Part shown: one piece after another, positions 41,328-51,419 of the stretch
Numbering within the stretch: position 1 is the stretch's first letter
Layout of the letters: each line of letters starts with the position of its first letter
Origin: Candidatus Bathyarchaeota archaeon
GTDB taxonomy: Archaea; Thermoproteota; Bathyarchaeia; Bathyarchaeales; Bathycorpusculaceae
DNA: 64,000 nt
Direction of reading: 5' to 3'
Assembly: GCA_963770935.1 (NCBI GenBank)
Contig: CAVYRJ010000011.1
Location: 96,001-160,000 of the forward strand
Program-made: the position numbers and the translations under genes
The notes under the pieces: generated by a model
Database searches by the model: none
Told to the model about the DNA's origin: nothing
The model's input: only the letters and a program-made list of their open reading frames with translations

Positions 41328-42761
41328 ATGAGAATAAGCCTTTGCTTAAGGTGGTGCTTGATGGAGAAACTGCGTGTTTTTTCTTCAAGATCAGGTTTAG
41401 TTAAGATTGTAGGTATAATAATTATTGCGATTATTGTTGCAGGAAGTTTAGGCTTAGGTTTTTACGTTGCACTCAATCAGCAACCCCCTATAGCAAGTCC
41501 TACGCCCTCGCCTGAACCGAGCCCAACTCCCACTCTAAATCCTACTTCTTCTCAAAAACCAACTCCGAATCCAGGGACGCCAACTCCTATACCGAGCCCA
41601 ACACAGAGTCCTTCACTGACACCAACCCCTACTCAAAGCCCAACCCCTTCTCTCTCTCCAACACCAAGTCCAACTCAAATCTCAACTCCGACTCCGGCTC
41701 CTACACCATCACCAACACCAAGTCCAACTCCCTCTACAACACCAATCCCAACTCCAACCTCCACATGGAACCTGCAAACCGTAGATTCACCCGGAAACGT
41801 AGGCATGTTTTCTTCTATCGCTTTGGACTCCAACAATAACCCGAACATAGGATACTATGATTTTACGAATGGTAATTTGAAGTTTGCAAAGTGGACTGGT
41901 TTAGTTTGGAGTATACAAACGGTAGATTCAAGCTTCTTGGGCTATGCCAGTAGTTGTTCTATTGCTTTGGGCTCCAACAATAACCCACACATGAGCTACT
42001 ATGACGCTGCAAATCGTGATTTGAAGCATGCTACGTGGACTGGCTCAATATGGAATATACAAACCGTAGATTCAACGGGCGACATTGGCACATACTCTTC
42101 TATGGCCTTGGACTCCAGCAATAACCCACATATAAGCTACTATGACGCTGGGCATGGTTATTTGAAGTATGCTGAGTGGACTGGTTCAGCTTGGAGTATA
42201 CAAACTGTGGATGCAGCGTATGACGTTGGGGCTACTTCTTCTATTGCTTTGGATTCTAATGATAAGCCACATATAAGCTACTTTCAGGTTTCTAATCATG
42301 ATTTGAAGTATGCTACATGGAATGGTTCAGTCGGACTCCATGGTCCATTATGGAATATAAAAACTATAGACTCAGCAGGAATCGTTGGTGCGTACTCTTC
42401 TATTGCTTTGGATTCCAATAATAACCCTCACATATGCTACTATGACGCTACGAATGATGATTTGAAGTATGCTGAGTGGACTGGTTCAGTTTGGAGTATA
42501 CAAACGGTAGACTCAGCAGGAGCGGTTGGCATGTATTGTTCTATTGCTTTAGGTTCCAACAATAGCCCATACATAAGCTACTATGATGGTCATTTGAAGT
42601 GTGCTGCGCGGACTGGTTTAGTATGGAGTATACAAACCGTAGACTCAACAGGAATCGTTGGCGAGTATTCTTCTATTGCTTTGGATTCTAACACCAACAA
42701 ACCTCGCATAAGCTACTTCGACCGTACGAATTTGGATTTAAAGTATGCTTCAATGAGTTGA
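41328..42761 (+). CDS. Membrane-anchored surface protein: TM, PT/PS linker, 7-repeat beta-propeller
   Basis: N-terminal TM, about 90 aa of (S/T)P repeats, seven WxIQTVDS..SSIALDSNNNPHISYYD..LKYA.W units. Confidence 0.85.
   Translation: MRISLCLRWCLMEKLRVFSSRSGLVKIVGIIIIAIIVAGSLGLGFYVALNQQPPIASPTPSPEPSPTPTLNPTSSQKPTPNPGTPTPIPSPTQSPSLTPTPTQSPTPSLSPTPSPTQISTPTPAPTPSPTPSPTPSTTPIPTPTSTWNLQTVDSPGNVGMFSSIALDSNNNPNIGYYDFTNGNLKFAKWTGLVWSIQTVDSSFLGYASSCSIALGSNNNPHMSYYDAANRDLKHATWTGSIWNIQTVDSTGDIGTYSSMALDSSNNPHISYYDAGHGYLKYAEWTGSAWSIQTVDAAYDVGATSSIALDSNDKPHISYFQVSNHDLKYATWNGSVGLHGPLWNIKTIDSAGIVGAYSSIALDSNNNPHICYYDATNDDLKYAEWTGSVWSIQTVDSAGAVGMYCSIALGSNNSPYISYYDGHLKCAARTGLVWSIQTVDSTGIVGEYSSIALDSNTNKPRISYFDRTNLDLKYASMS
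41765..42755 (+). repeat. Seven intragenic tandem repeats of about 140 bp
   Basis: Recurring tctattgctttgg, caaaccgtaga and gatttgaagtatgct segments. Confidence 0.9.
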
Positions 42762-43111
42762 CATCGAGGCTTTTGCCTATAAGGAACTAAGACATTGGGT
42801 GATGCCGCGCTTTTTCAACGATTATTTGAGGCATTTAGATAAGGTGAAACAATTTCATAGAATTGAGAGATATGAAAGGGGGAACCTGAACGCACTTTAG
42901 ACAAGAGGTAATTCAAAAAACCATAATGACAATTTTTTTCTTCGTTGTGACACCTACTTGTGACATACATAACGCAAAGACAGAACTGGTTATTTTGCTG
43001 AAAGCAGAACCCTTAGGGTCGAATGCTACAGAGAACCATGACGCCGTGATAGAATTCAGTAACAGCGGTGAGAGCTTAAATCACTTCTCTTTGATAAAAT
43101 CGATGGAAGAA

Positions 43112-43157
43112 TTGGAGCCTTCGGCGGGATTTGGACCCGCGACCATTACCTTACCAA
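43112..43157 (-). repeat. att site: 46-bp copy of tRNA-Thr(GGT) 3' half
   Basis: Reverse complement TTGGTAAGGTAATGGTCGCGGGTCCAAATCCCGCCGAAGGCTCCAA: GGT anticodon loop, T-arm GCGGG/CCCGC, acceptor strand and CCA; identical to 52461-52506. Confidence 0.9.
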
Positions 43158-44044
43158 CTTCTTCTGGAAGATTAAAGCTGCCCAATGATAGCTCCGCTGT
43201 CGATTTCTGGCTAAATTTCAACCAATTTCTAAGAATTGATTACCAACCAGATTATGCTAAAGACATAATGCGTAAGGCACAAGAATTCTATCAATGCTTG
43301 GCAAGCGGCAACCTTTCGGGGCTTAAAATGCTTCCAACCGAAAAACGACGCAGGGCAATGCTGGCTCTATCGGCGCTATCAAAATTCACAGGCTGCCATG
43401 ATAAATTTACTTAATTAGTTAAAGCATATGGATTAAAATGGTCCGTTAACAACGATGATATCATTATCGCTCGGTTGATTAAATACAGCGGCGGAACTGG
43501 AAGCGAACGCACTAGCGACCTTTTCAACTGGGTAAAGAAAGTGAAAAATGAAATTCCCGATTTCAGTACGTTTATGGATTTCACTGTCGCTACGGGTTTG
43601 AGGTTGGGTGAAGCAATAGAAAGCTACAAATTAATCGTTGAATTGAGCGAACAAAACAAACTGAATGAATATTACAATGCCGAGCGTTGCGTTCTTGAAC
43701 ACTTTAGGTTCAAATCTATATTCATTCGCAGAACAAAGAAGGCATTTATGAGTTTTGCTTCCAATGAGCTAATTGAGAGAGTACGAGAAAGTGGATTCAA
43801 ACCAACAAACGATATAATCAGAAAACGAATTCAGCGACGCAAACTAAAACTTTGTTTTCCAGATTTGCGAGAGCTTTGGGCAAGCCGAGCGGTTAGGCAT
43901 CTTAGCCAACCAGAAATTGACTTTCTACAAGGGAGAGTTTCAGCGTCGGTTTTCATGAGAAATTATTTCAACCCTGCGTGGATAAGCGATTTAAAGAAAA
44001 GGGCAATTAAAAATGTGAATAAACTATTGCAAGTCGCTTCTTAA
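43158..44044 (+). CDS. Tyrosine integrase C-terminal part (intC, element A; in-frame TAA at 43412-43414)
   Basis: TGLRLGEA, RRTKKAF, DLRELW, FLQGR, RNYF catalytic motifs; frame continuous with the att peptide. Confidence 0.85.
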
Positions 44045-44292
44045 TCCTTATCCTATTCCTTTTTATTGAAACCGAATCCGCACCTTGATCTAAACCAAGT
44101 AGTATAGCACCAATTACACCAATAGCCGCTGCAAGTACTCTTATCGCTATTACAATTTAATTCATGCAAACCACTGGCTTTCTCTTTTCAACTGACTAAG
44201 GATATAACACTTTTCAAGCAACTCAGTAAAGAAAAAGTTAGCGGGAGAGCAAAAAACTAAAAGATTATTTTAATTAAATAAGTGATATTTTA

Positions 44293-45249
44293 TTACGCAA
44301 TTCTCTTAATGGACTTTTCATCCAATCCTTTGCCATCCCAATCATATGAAGGGTTGTCTCCTGTAACGTCATCAAAGATAAGCGACCATCCACTTCTATT
44401 GACAATAATTTGGTATGCTGAATTTTTGTCAAAAAAGAGATGTTTTATCTGGTCATAGGCTTTGCTGACGAATTGCGTCCAATGCGGACTCTCTATCCAA
44501 GGCATAGAAGAAAACACTTCTTTATCTGGTTCGTATTTCACAGTTCTGTTTGGAGGGTAATGCTCAATCTTTTTATTACCCTGATGAAAGGTAAATTTAC
44601 ACGTTTTGTTCGCCCATTTTGAATAGAAACCAAACATGATGCAAAATTTGGTAACTTCATCGAAAGGTATAACCCGAATACTAAAGGAGTTTAACTGAGA
44701 ATCATTATAAATCTTGTTTGCTTCGTTTAAAGCTTCATTATATATTTTTTCAAGAAGAGGATTATCTATCCCAAACTTTGTTACATCTACGTCAGCCAAC
44801 GGAATTGGATATGACTTATTTTCTTTTTCAATTTTTAATTCGTTTTTGCTCTGTTTCTTTTTTTCATCAACAATTCGTTTAGTCTTTTCTTCTTGTTCGA
44901 TTTTGTTTTCTACAGAAACATTATTTACAATGTTGTGGTCACCGATTACTTGAACACTTCGTGATGACTTTTTCTGTGACTGATTGGACGTTCTTTTGCC
45001 TGAACTGTTTTCTTTTTCTCCAAAATTTTCAATAAACTTCAAAACTACCGACCCAATTGATTCTGGTTTTAGCATACTTCCAGCACTCAGGATAAAGAAA
45101 ATAACAGTAATACCCCAAGAAATTTGACCTGATATAGTTGTCCACTGACTATTTATGGAAACAACTAAAAAAATCAAACCCACCACTAAGGTTGCTAACC
45201 CTGCAAGATAGCCATCTTTCTTCTTGTCATCCATGTCATTCCAATACAC
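44293..45249 (-). CDS. Hypothetical protein, 2 N-terminal TM plus soluble domain
   Basis: 318-aa ORF. Confidence 0.65.
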   Translation of the reverse strand: MYWNDMDDKKKDGYLAGLATLVVGLIFLVVSINSQWTTISGQISWGITVIFFILSAGSMLKPESIGSVVLKFIENFGEKENSSGKRTSNQSQKKSSRSVQVIGDHNIVNNVSVENKIEQEEKTKRIVDEKKKQSKNELKIEKENKSYPIPLADVDVTKFGIDNPLLEKIYNEALNEANKIYNDSQLNSFSIRVIPFDEVTKFCIMFGFYSKWANKTCKFTFHQGNKKIEHYPPNRTVKYEPDKEVFSSMPWIESPHWTQFVSKAYDQIKHLFFDKNSAYQIIVNRSGWSLIFDDVTGDNPSYDWDGKGLDEKSIKRIA

Positions 45250-45359
45250 CGAATATACTATTTTTATTTTTTGATAAAAAAGAAAACATATCTTAAAATT
45301 GTATATTTCTCAGAACGCAAAAACTTAACCCTGAAATAGTGTTAAAATGGAAGAACAAG

Positions 45360-46028
45360 TCATATGTAGTAATCGTCTAACGATTTTTCATCTTTTCTCG
45401 CTTTCAATAAAAGGAGCAAGCTGACACTCACAATTGCAACAATAAAGAAAAGCAAAATAATGTTGGACGAGGCAAACCATTTGTCGGGGTAAAACATAAT
45501 AATAGTAACCGAAGATAAGAAAATTAATCCCAAGAAAAATGGTCGGCAATTCTTCATTTTTTCTGATATGAACTTTTTGAATTCTTTAAAGGTAAACTGT
45601 TTATGTAAATTCTTCGGTCTTTTTTCCAAGTAAAAGTAAAAGCTAATACCTAAAATCGCCGCTACAAGGAACAGAATAAGAGCGATTCTTAAAACACCAA
45701 AAATCAATAAACCAAAAAGAAACATGAAAATTCCCAGAATAGTGTAACTATACTGCAAAAACATTTTTGAATTATCTTGGAACATAATCGAAGCTGTTTT
45801 TCCAATTGTATCTTTGGAAAGCCCTAAAACCATAAAAAGAGCATACATTGATTAAAGGACAATTAAGATATTAATTAGAGGAATCAAATCCAAAGTTCCG
45901 AATTGATAAACTAAATTTAGGATTGGATATTGAGTTTTTACGTAGGCAAAAACTGCCAGTAAGCCAAATATGAATATGGCACGAATTTCATCGGTTCTGC
46001 TTACATCTTCGTTGTTGTCTTTACTCAA
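45360..46028 (-). CDS. Hypothetical multi-TM protein (in-frame TAA near 45853)
   Basis: Frame opens at TTG 46028 (MSKDNNEDVSRTDEIRAIFIFGLLAV) and continues into ORF 45360-45848. Confidence 0.55.
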
Positions 46029-46158
46029 ATTTTCACTTGCTTGTTAGTTATATCATTGGCTAATTAGTTTTGTGTCAAATTGTTACATGATGAATTTTGC
46101 TAATGCAAAAACTTAAAGCCGCAATCACGAAATAAAGGTGAAATGGTAGCGATGAATC

Positions 46159-46449
46159 ATGAGCGGTATTGATGGAGAAGAGTTGAAGAATTTTGTTAGC
46201 TCAACAATAGACAGCATCGAAGCTGGATTAAAAGGTAAGAGCAAAGAATACGTTCTTAATGGAAGTATTAAGTTTGAAGTGGCAGTGTTAACTGCTAAAA
46301 AAGGCGAAGGCGGTTTGAAATTGTTTGTTGTTGACCTTTCTGGAAAGAAAAGCAAAGAAAGCACTTCAAAAATTACTTTCGAAGTTATAGATAAGGGAAA
46401 ACAAAAAGGCGGCGGATTTGTAATAACACAACCACGTTCTTTCGGATAG
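46159..46449 (+). CDS. Trypco2-like small protein
   Basis: LKNFV..I..IKFEVAV...GEGGLKLFVV..SG..SKITF pattern. Confidence 0.55.
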   Translation: MSGIDGEELKNFVSSTIDSIEAGLKGKSKEYVLNGSIKFEVAVLTAKKGEGGLKLFVVDLSGKKSKESTSKITFEVIDKGKQKGGGFVITQPRSFG

Positions 46450-46509
46450 ACTTTTTCTTTAAGGCACGATTTTTGTTGACTGGCGAAACAAAAGAGCAAC
46501 CAACAGGCG

Positions 46510-47156
46510 ATTAGACTGGTTTGTAAGTTACTAAATTATTTTTACCTTTTGTGGACTCATTTTTTGGAAAGTCAAAAAAAGTTTACGGAAGTTATCCAAT
46601 TTAACACCTATGATAGAATTCGATAGAAGGTTTTTTCAAGATTTCGGGCGTATGGGTATCGTTAAAGCGTCAATAATTGCGCTTCTTTAGCTAAATTGGG
46701 CTTTAAAAGTAGACGTTACAATCCGAAAAAACCATTCACGTCAAAACCTCCAACTTTATCCTATCGGACTAAAATTGAAACGTTCAATTCTAACTTATTT
46801 AGTCAAATAGAACCCATTTTTGACTCCTACTTATGTTTTTACCAATCATTTTCTTAACTCATATGGACAATGTCAGAGCTTCATTTAGAATACTGTTGAA
46901 AATCTCCATGCAAGACAAACGAGCGTTCTGTTCGTTGATACTTCGTTAATTTTAGTGTCGAAAACTGTAATAACTGTGTTATAATTAAGTTAAGGAATCA
47001 TGCACTTTAGTTCCCCAGAGTACACCTACTTTTAGACTCCGTTTCAAAACCGCATAAATTAGGTACTTATGATTATAGGAGATAGCATTTGTACTTGTCT
47101 CGTGGCTCTGCTCAAGCTCAAAGAGAAAGAAGCAGAAAGATGAACCAATAACTGAT
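46510..47156 (+). ncRNA. Candidate large structured RNA (about 650 nt)
   Basis: No ORF of 60 aa or more; many nested helices with G.U pairs on the + strand (see findings). Confidence 0.5.
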
Positions 47157-47238
47157 GAATGGCTAACCTTTTCTTAGAATACTGCTTGAATAAGCTTATA
47201 TTAAATATGCTTTAGACTAATTAACTGGAGATAACTGC

Positions 47239-47667
47239 TTGAATTTCAAGCTCAGAAGAAATAAATCATTATTTATTATCGTTATACTGATAGTTGTTTG
47301 GATTGTTATCTCGACGTTTATTTTATTGAACACTTCGATCGTCAGGGCACAGATAAATGGTGTAGACGGTTTAATAATGAATTCAACTTTATCTTTATCT
47401 GGCATCTTTCTCGCAGTAATAGGCATACTGCTCGCCATCTATTGGTCAAACGCCTTGTCGGCTGAAATAAGAAGATCAATCAAGATGCTGTTAGTTGCAA
47501 TAACTACTTTAACTGTTTTGAGCGGTGTAACATGCTCAGTCGCTTTTGCAGGGTTACTTTTTGAATCTCAAGACGTGATATTACCATTGGTTTTTCTCTT
47601 CTTTTCAACAATATACTTTTTCATTACAAGCACAGTAATCCTAGTGTGGATTTCAGTAGGCAGGTAA
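47239..47667 (+). CDS. Hypothetical 4-TM protein
   Basis: 142-aa hydrophobic ORF. Confidence 0.6.
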   Translation: MNFKLRRNKSLFIIVILIVVWIVISTFILLNTSIVRAQINGVDGLIMNSTLSLSGIFLAVIGILLAIYWSNALSAEIRRSIKMLLVAITTLTVLSGVTCSVAFAGLLFESQDVILPLVFLFFSTIYFFITSTVILVWISVGR

Positions 47668-47673
47668 AATGGC

Positions 47674-49153
47674 TTGATAGCCCTTAACAAAGTGCAAAGG
47701 GAAATTTTTGCGAATCGTTATGAACTAAGAAAATACTTGGAACCTAACCAGATACGCTATAAGGATCTAACGAAAGATCTTCACGAAACACTTCTAAAGA
47801 ATTTAAAAGTTAAAAAACTCAGCGAGACCTATCTAGTCAACATTCTTCACCAAGCACTAAGTGAAGATGATCGCCTAATCCAATACATAAAAAATCAGAA
47901 ACCTCTTCCTCCTCAAGATGATATAGAAGGAATAGTTTTTGCAGTTGCTTACCTAGTTTCGGGAATTGGATAGTCAGGGAGGTTCAAACTCTGAGTAAAT
48001 CAAATATTGGCAAACAAGAAATCGACAAAGAAGCGAAAAAAGCTGTTGAAATAATTACTAATGTTGCAAACAAATACGACATTCGAATTTCAAAAGAAAG
48101 AAAATTCGTGCTTCAAGAACTCTCCATACAAGAATTTTCAGAGAACAATGAATTGAAGGAAATAAGAATTCCCTTTGATGATAAGACTACAGCGATTGCG
48201 CTGATTAAATTTAAAAAGCAAACTGCCAAAGAATTATTGTCTAAAAGCGATCAGTTCTTGGCAGCAAACAAGGATCATCTAAAGATGCTGAAAAAAGGAG
48301 TAGATGTTTGGAATAACTGGAGAAAAAAATATCCTTTAATTAAACCAAACCTTAGCGGAGCAAACTTACACAATGCAAACCTTATTGGAATAGACTTAAA
48401 CAAAGTTGACCTAAGCGCAGCAGATCTTAGCGGAGCAAACTTAACCGATGCAAACCTTATTGAAGCAAATCTTGGCAGAGCAAATCTTAATGGGGCAATC
48501 ATGATTAGGGCAAAATTGAATCGCGCAAATCTTGCTGATTGTAGAGTCTTTGGTGTTTCTGCTTGGAGTATAAAAGGTTTAGCAGAAGCAAGGCAATCGA
48601 ATCTTGTAATCACCCCTTATGGTGAGCATACTATCACAGTAGATGATCTTGAAGTCGCTCAATTCATTTACATTCTCCTTCATAGCGAGAAGATCCATAG
48701 AGTGATTGATACTTTAACATCCAAAGCTGTGCTTATACTTGGTCGTTTTACTCCAGAGCGAAAAACCGTATTGGATGCTATTAGAGTGGAGCTTCGGAAA
48801 CGAAACTATCTGCCAATATTATTCGATTTTGAAAAGCCTTCTAGTCGGACTTAACAGAAACAATTAAAACTTTAGCTCATATGGCACGTTTCGTTATTGC
48901 TGACATCACAGATCTTAAGAGCGAACCTCAGGAATTAAGTGGCGTTATTCCATTTCTTCCATCAGTTCCAATTCAGCCAATTATGCAGTCTTCTGCCGAA
49001 GAATACGTTTTGTTTGAAAACTTCGAGCGCTACAATTGGGTTCTTAAACCTCATCGATACAATGACATAGGTGATTTGACCAAGTTTCTGGAGGAAAAAG
49101 TCATTGCTCCAGCCGAAGAAAAAGCAAAAGAATTACAAAAAAAATGTCTTTAA
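47674..49153 (+). CDS. Pentapeptide-repeat protein with C-terminal alpha/beta domain (likely one gene, two frameshifts)
   Basis: GVDVWNNWR + A(N/D)LxG repeats, LILGRF..FDF..RFVIADIT..QEL; frame open upstream of 48108 back to about 47970. Confidence 0.75.
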
Positions 49154-49559
49154 ATAAAAAAAGAATGCGAGTACATCTTTCATAGATATTTACAAACTGT
49201 AACAACATATTATTTCCAACAACTCGTCGATTGTCCGTACGACATATTCTTTATTTGTTTGAATAATTGCACAAAACTGAAAGGCTTTATTGTCTTCAGT
49301 CTTGTACAACACATGAAATCTTTGTTCATGCATCTTTCTTTATATCTGGCACTTTCAATTTAGTTTTTTTTGTCGTCGCCTTTTAGTCTTTGTGGGACCT
49401 GCTCAATCTTTCGTTGGAAGTCTGAAGTTCATTCTGCTTCTATTATCAATTTCACCATTAGTTCTTTGAATATACCCAAGAAATAAATCTCCAAACATCA
49501 CATTTCCTCATCCAAACTCTATTATAGTACTAAAAAAAATATTCAGTCTATAGTTCTCT

Positions 49560-51355
49560 TCAAAAAATCTCAAGTTTGGGATAACCTATAGTACATTCTG
49601 GTAGAGCAATAAAATTTTCATAAAGCCACGGTTCACTTGGTTGATTCTTATGTTCAATTACCAAACCATAACTATCACTATTTATCCGGTTCCTCTTTGT
49701 ATCCGCTTTAAGCAGACTTTTAATCTTTGGCAAATCTAACAAAACTGGCTTAGTTCGCCATCTCCCCCGCGCCATAGAAAGTGCCTCTATTTGTTTCGTA
49801 AACAATGTATGCTTGATATCTTGTCGTGTTCTAAGTTCTGTTATTGAACCATCAGCTAATTTCAAAAAATCTTCATAGAAATACTGCCAGCCATGACGCC
49901 CGACAGCGGACTCACCTTCTCCTTTTAAGATGTATGTTTTGGCTCGGAAAAACGATAAATCTCCTTTGCCTTTGACATCCATCACGACAGGAATTGAGTG
50001 TTCTCCGTCGCTTAATTCAAAGTGTTTTCCAGCCATATCCTCTTCTGTAAAGATCGAGTCAGTATCCATTGCATAGATTCTTCCAGTGCATTTATCGAAA
50101 AGTCGGCTCATGACCGCATGTGAACTCGCCAGCACAGTTGAATAAGCTGGAAAGTTGGAAGTTCTCGCGATCGGATGCGATTGACCTGTTTTCCACTTAG
50201 ACTATTTAAGACGGCTTTACCGAACATGTTCTCGTTTTCAGATTGTTTGCCTTCGATCCGTTTTAGGAGCATATCGGCGTATTTTTCATGTATGTTTGAG
50301 CGTTTGAAAATCGGTTTGTAAGCATGTGCAATTGAAAGAATCTCAGCTTTAGCTGCAATAATATCGAATGTGTGATAAAAGCCACTGATGATTCCTGTCG
50401 CATAGAAATTATTGGTGCCACGCAAAGGCAAGCCCCAAAGATCGTTCTCTGTTTTGAAAACGCCTTCCACCCAACCGTAATTGTGGTCATCAAGTGCTAC
50501 ATCTTTATCTGTATTTAATTCGCCAATTTTGCAAGATTCTGCTCCTACAATATCGAGCGCTCTTGAACCAACCAAACAAGTGGGATACAAAGATTTTACA
50601 TCTTTATAGGTCACGTTCGGAGAAAAACCTGTTATGAATCCTTCGCTACGACCTGCAAAGCAACAGCTCTTGATTAATCGTTCCAACGGTGGCACTGTAA
50701 CAGTACGTTTAATACGCATCAAACGACGTGGTAACTCAAAAGTATCTCGCGCTAAAGTTCCAGCGCTCGCATGGTCAACTGGATTCGCCCCAAAACTTTC
50801 ATCTAACCATTTCACAATTCTGGCTGTAATAACGGCGTCCGCCGCAGCATACTCGACAAAATCTCGGCGTTCTTTTTCGTTTTGCCATCCACGTAAACCA
50901 AGCCACTCTGGTTTTGCCAGCTTTGGATAACCCACGATTTCACCCGCATCAGCTAATCGGCGCACTCCAAAATTCTGCAGCAACGGTCTTACGTCGTACA
51001 CATCCGCATTGAAACCTCGAAACGAAATTTTGCCAATCGTCTTAACCCCGCGCGTTTTATACTTAACATGGTTTGAGCCCAGCAACTCTTCAATCGAACC
51101 AAGATCGGGCAAAATAACGAAACCATACAATACTTTGATGAAACGATGACCAATCAACCAATCTTTCAAGTCACCCGCGTTCTCCAACACAACGGTATTT
51201 TCTGAAACGCCGTTTGAGAATTGGACACTTTGAACATCTTCAGGCGCATTAACCCTACCCGACATTAAAAATTCAGAATCAAAACCCCACGCCGAACACA
51301 ATTTGCCCTGCTTTTTTGCCTTAACAAAATTTTTGCCGTAAGTGTGGTTGTCCAT
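49560..51355 (-). CDS. polB: Family B DNA polymerase, protein-primed-type (frameshift near 50188)
   Basis: Exo I FDSE, Exo III YAAADA, FAGRSE, motif A YKDVKSLYP, motif B KAVLNSLSGK, motif C YAMDTDS, KTY. Confidence 0.9.
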
Positions 51356-51419
51356 ATATACACCTTAAATAGAAACTTGTTTTCTGACGACATTCTAGTT
51401 TGTTTTACTGTTTTAAGCT

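Noticed and set aside
41500-42755. CRISPR array or DGR repeat
   Set aside because: The repeats are in-frame coding units without unique spacers; no cas or reverse transcriptase genes are in the window.
49560-51355. Casposon or provirus
   Set aside because: No Cas1, terminal inverted repeats, capsid or packaging genes recognised; integration is by tyrosine recombinase at a tRNA.
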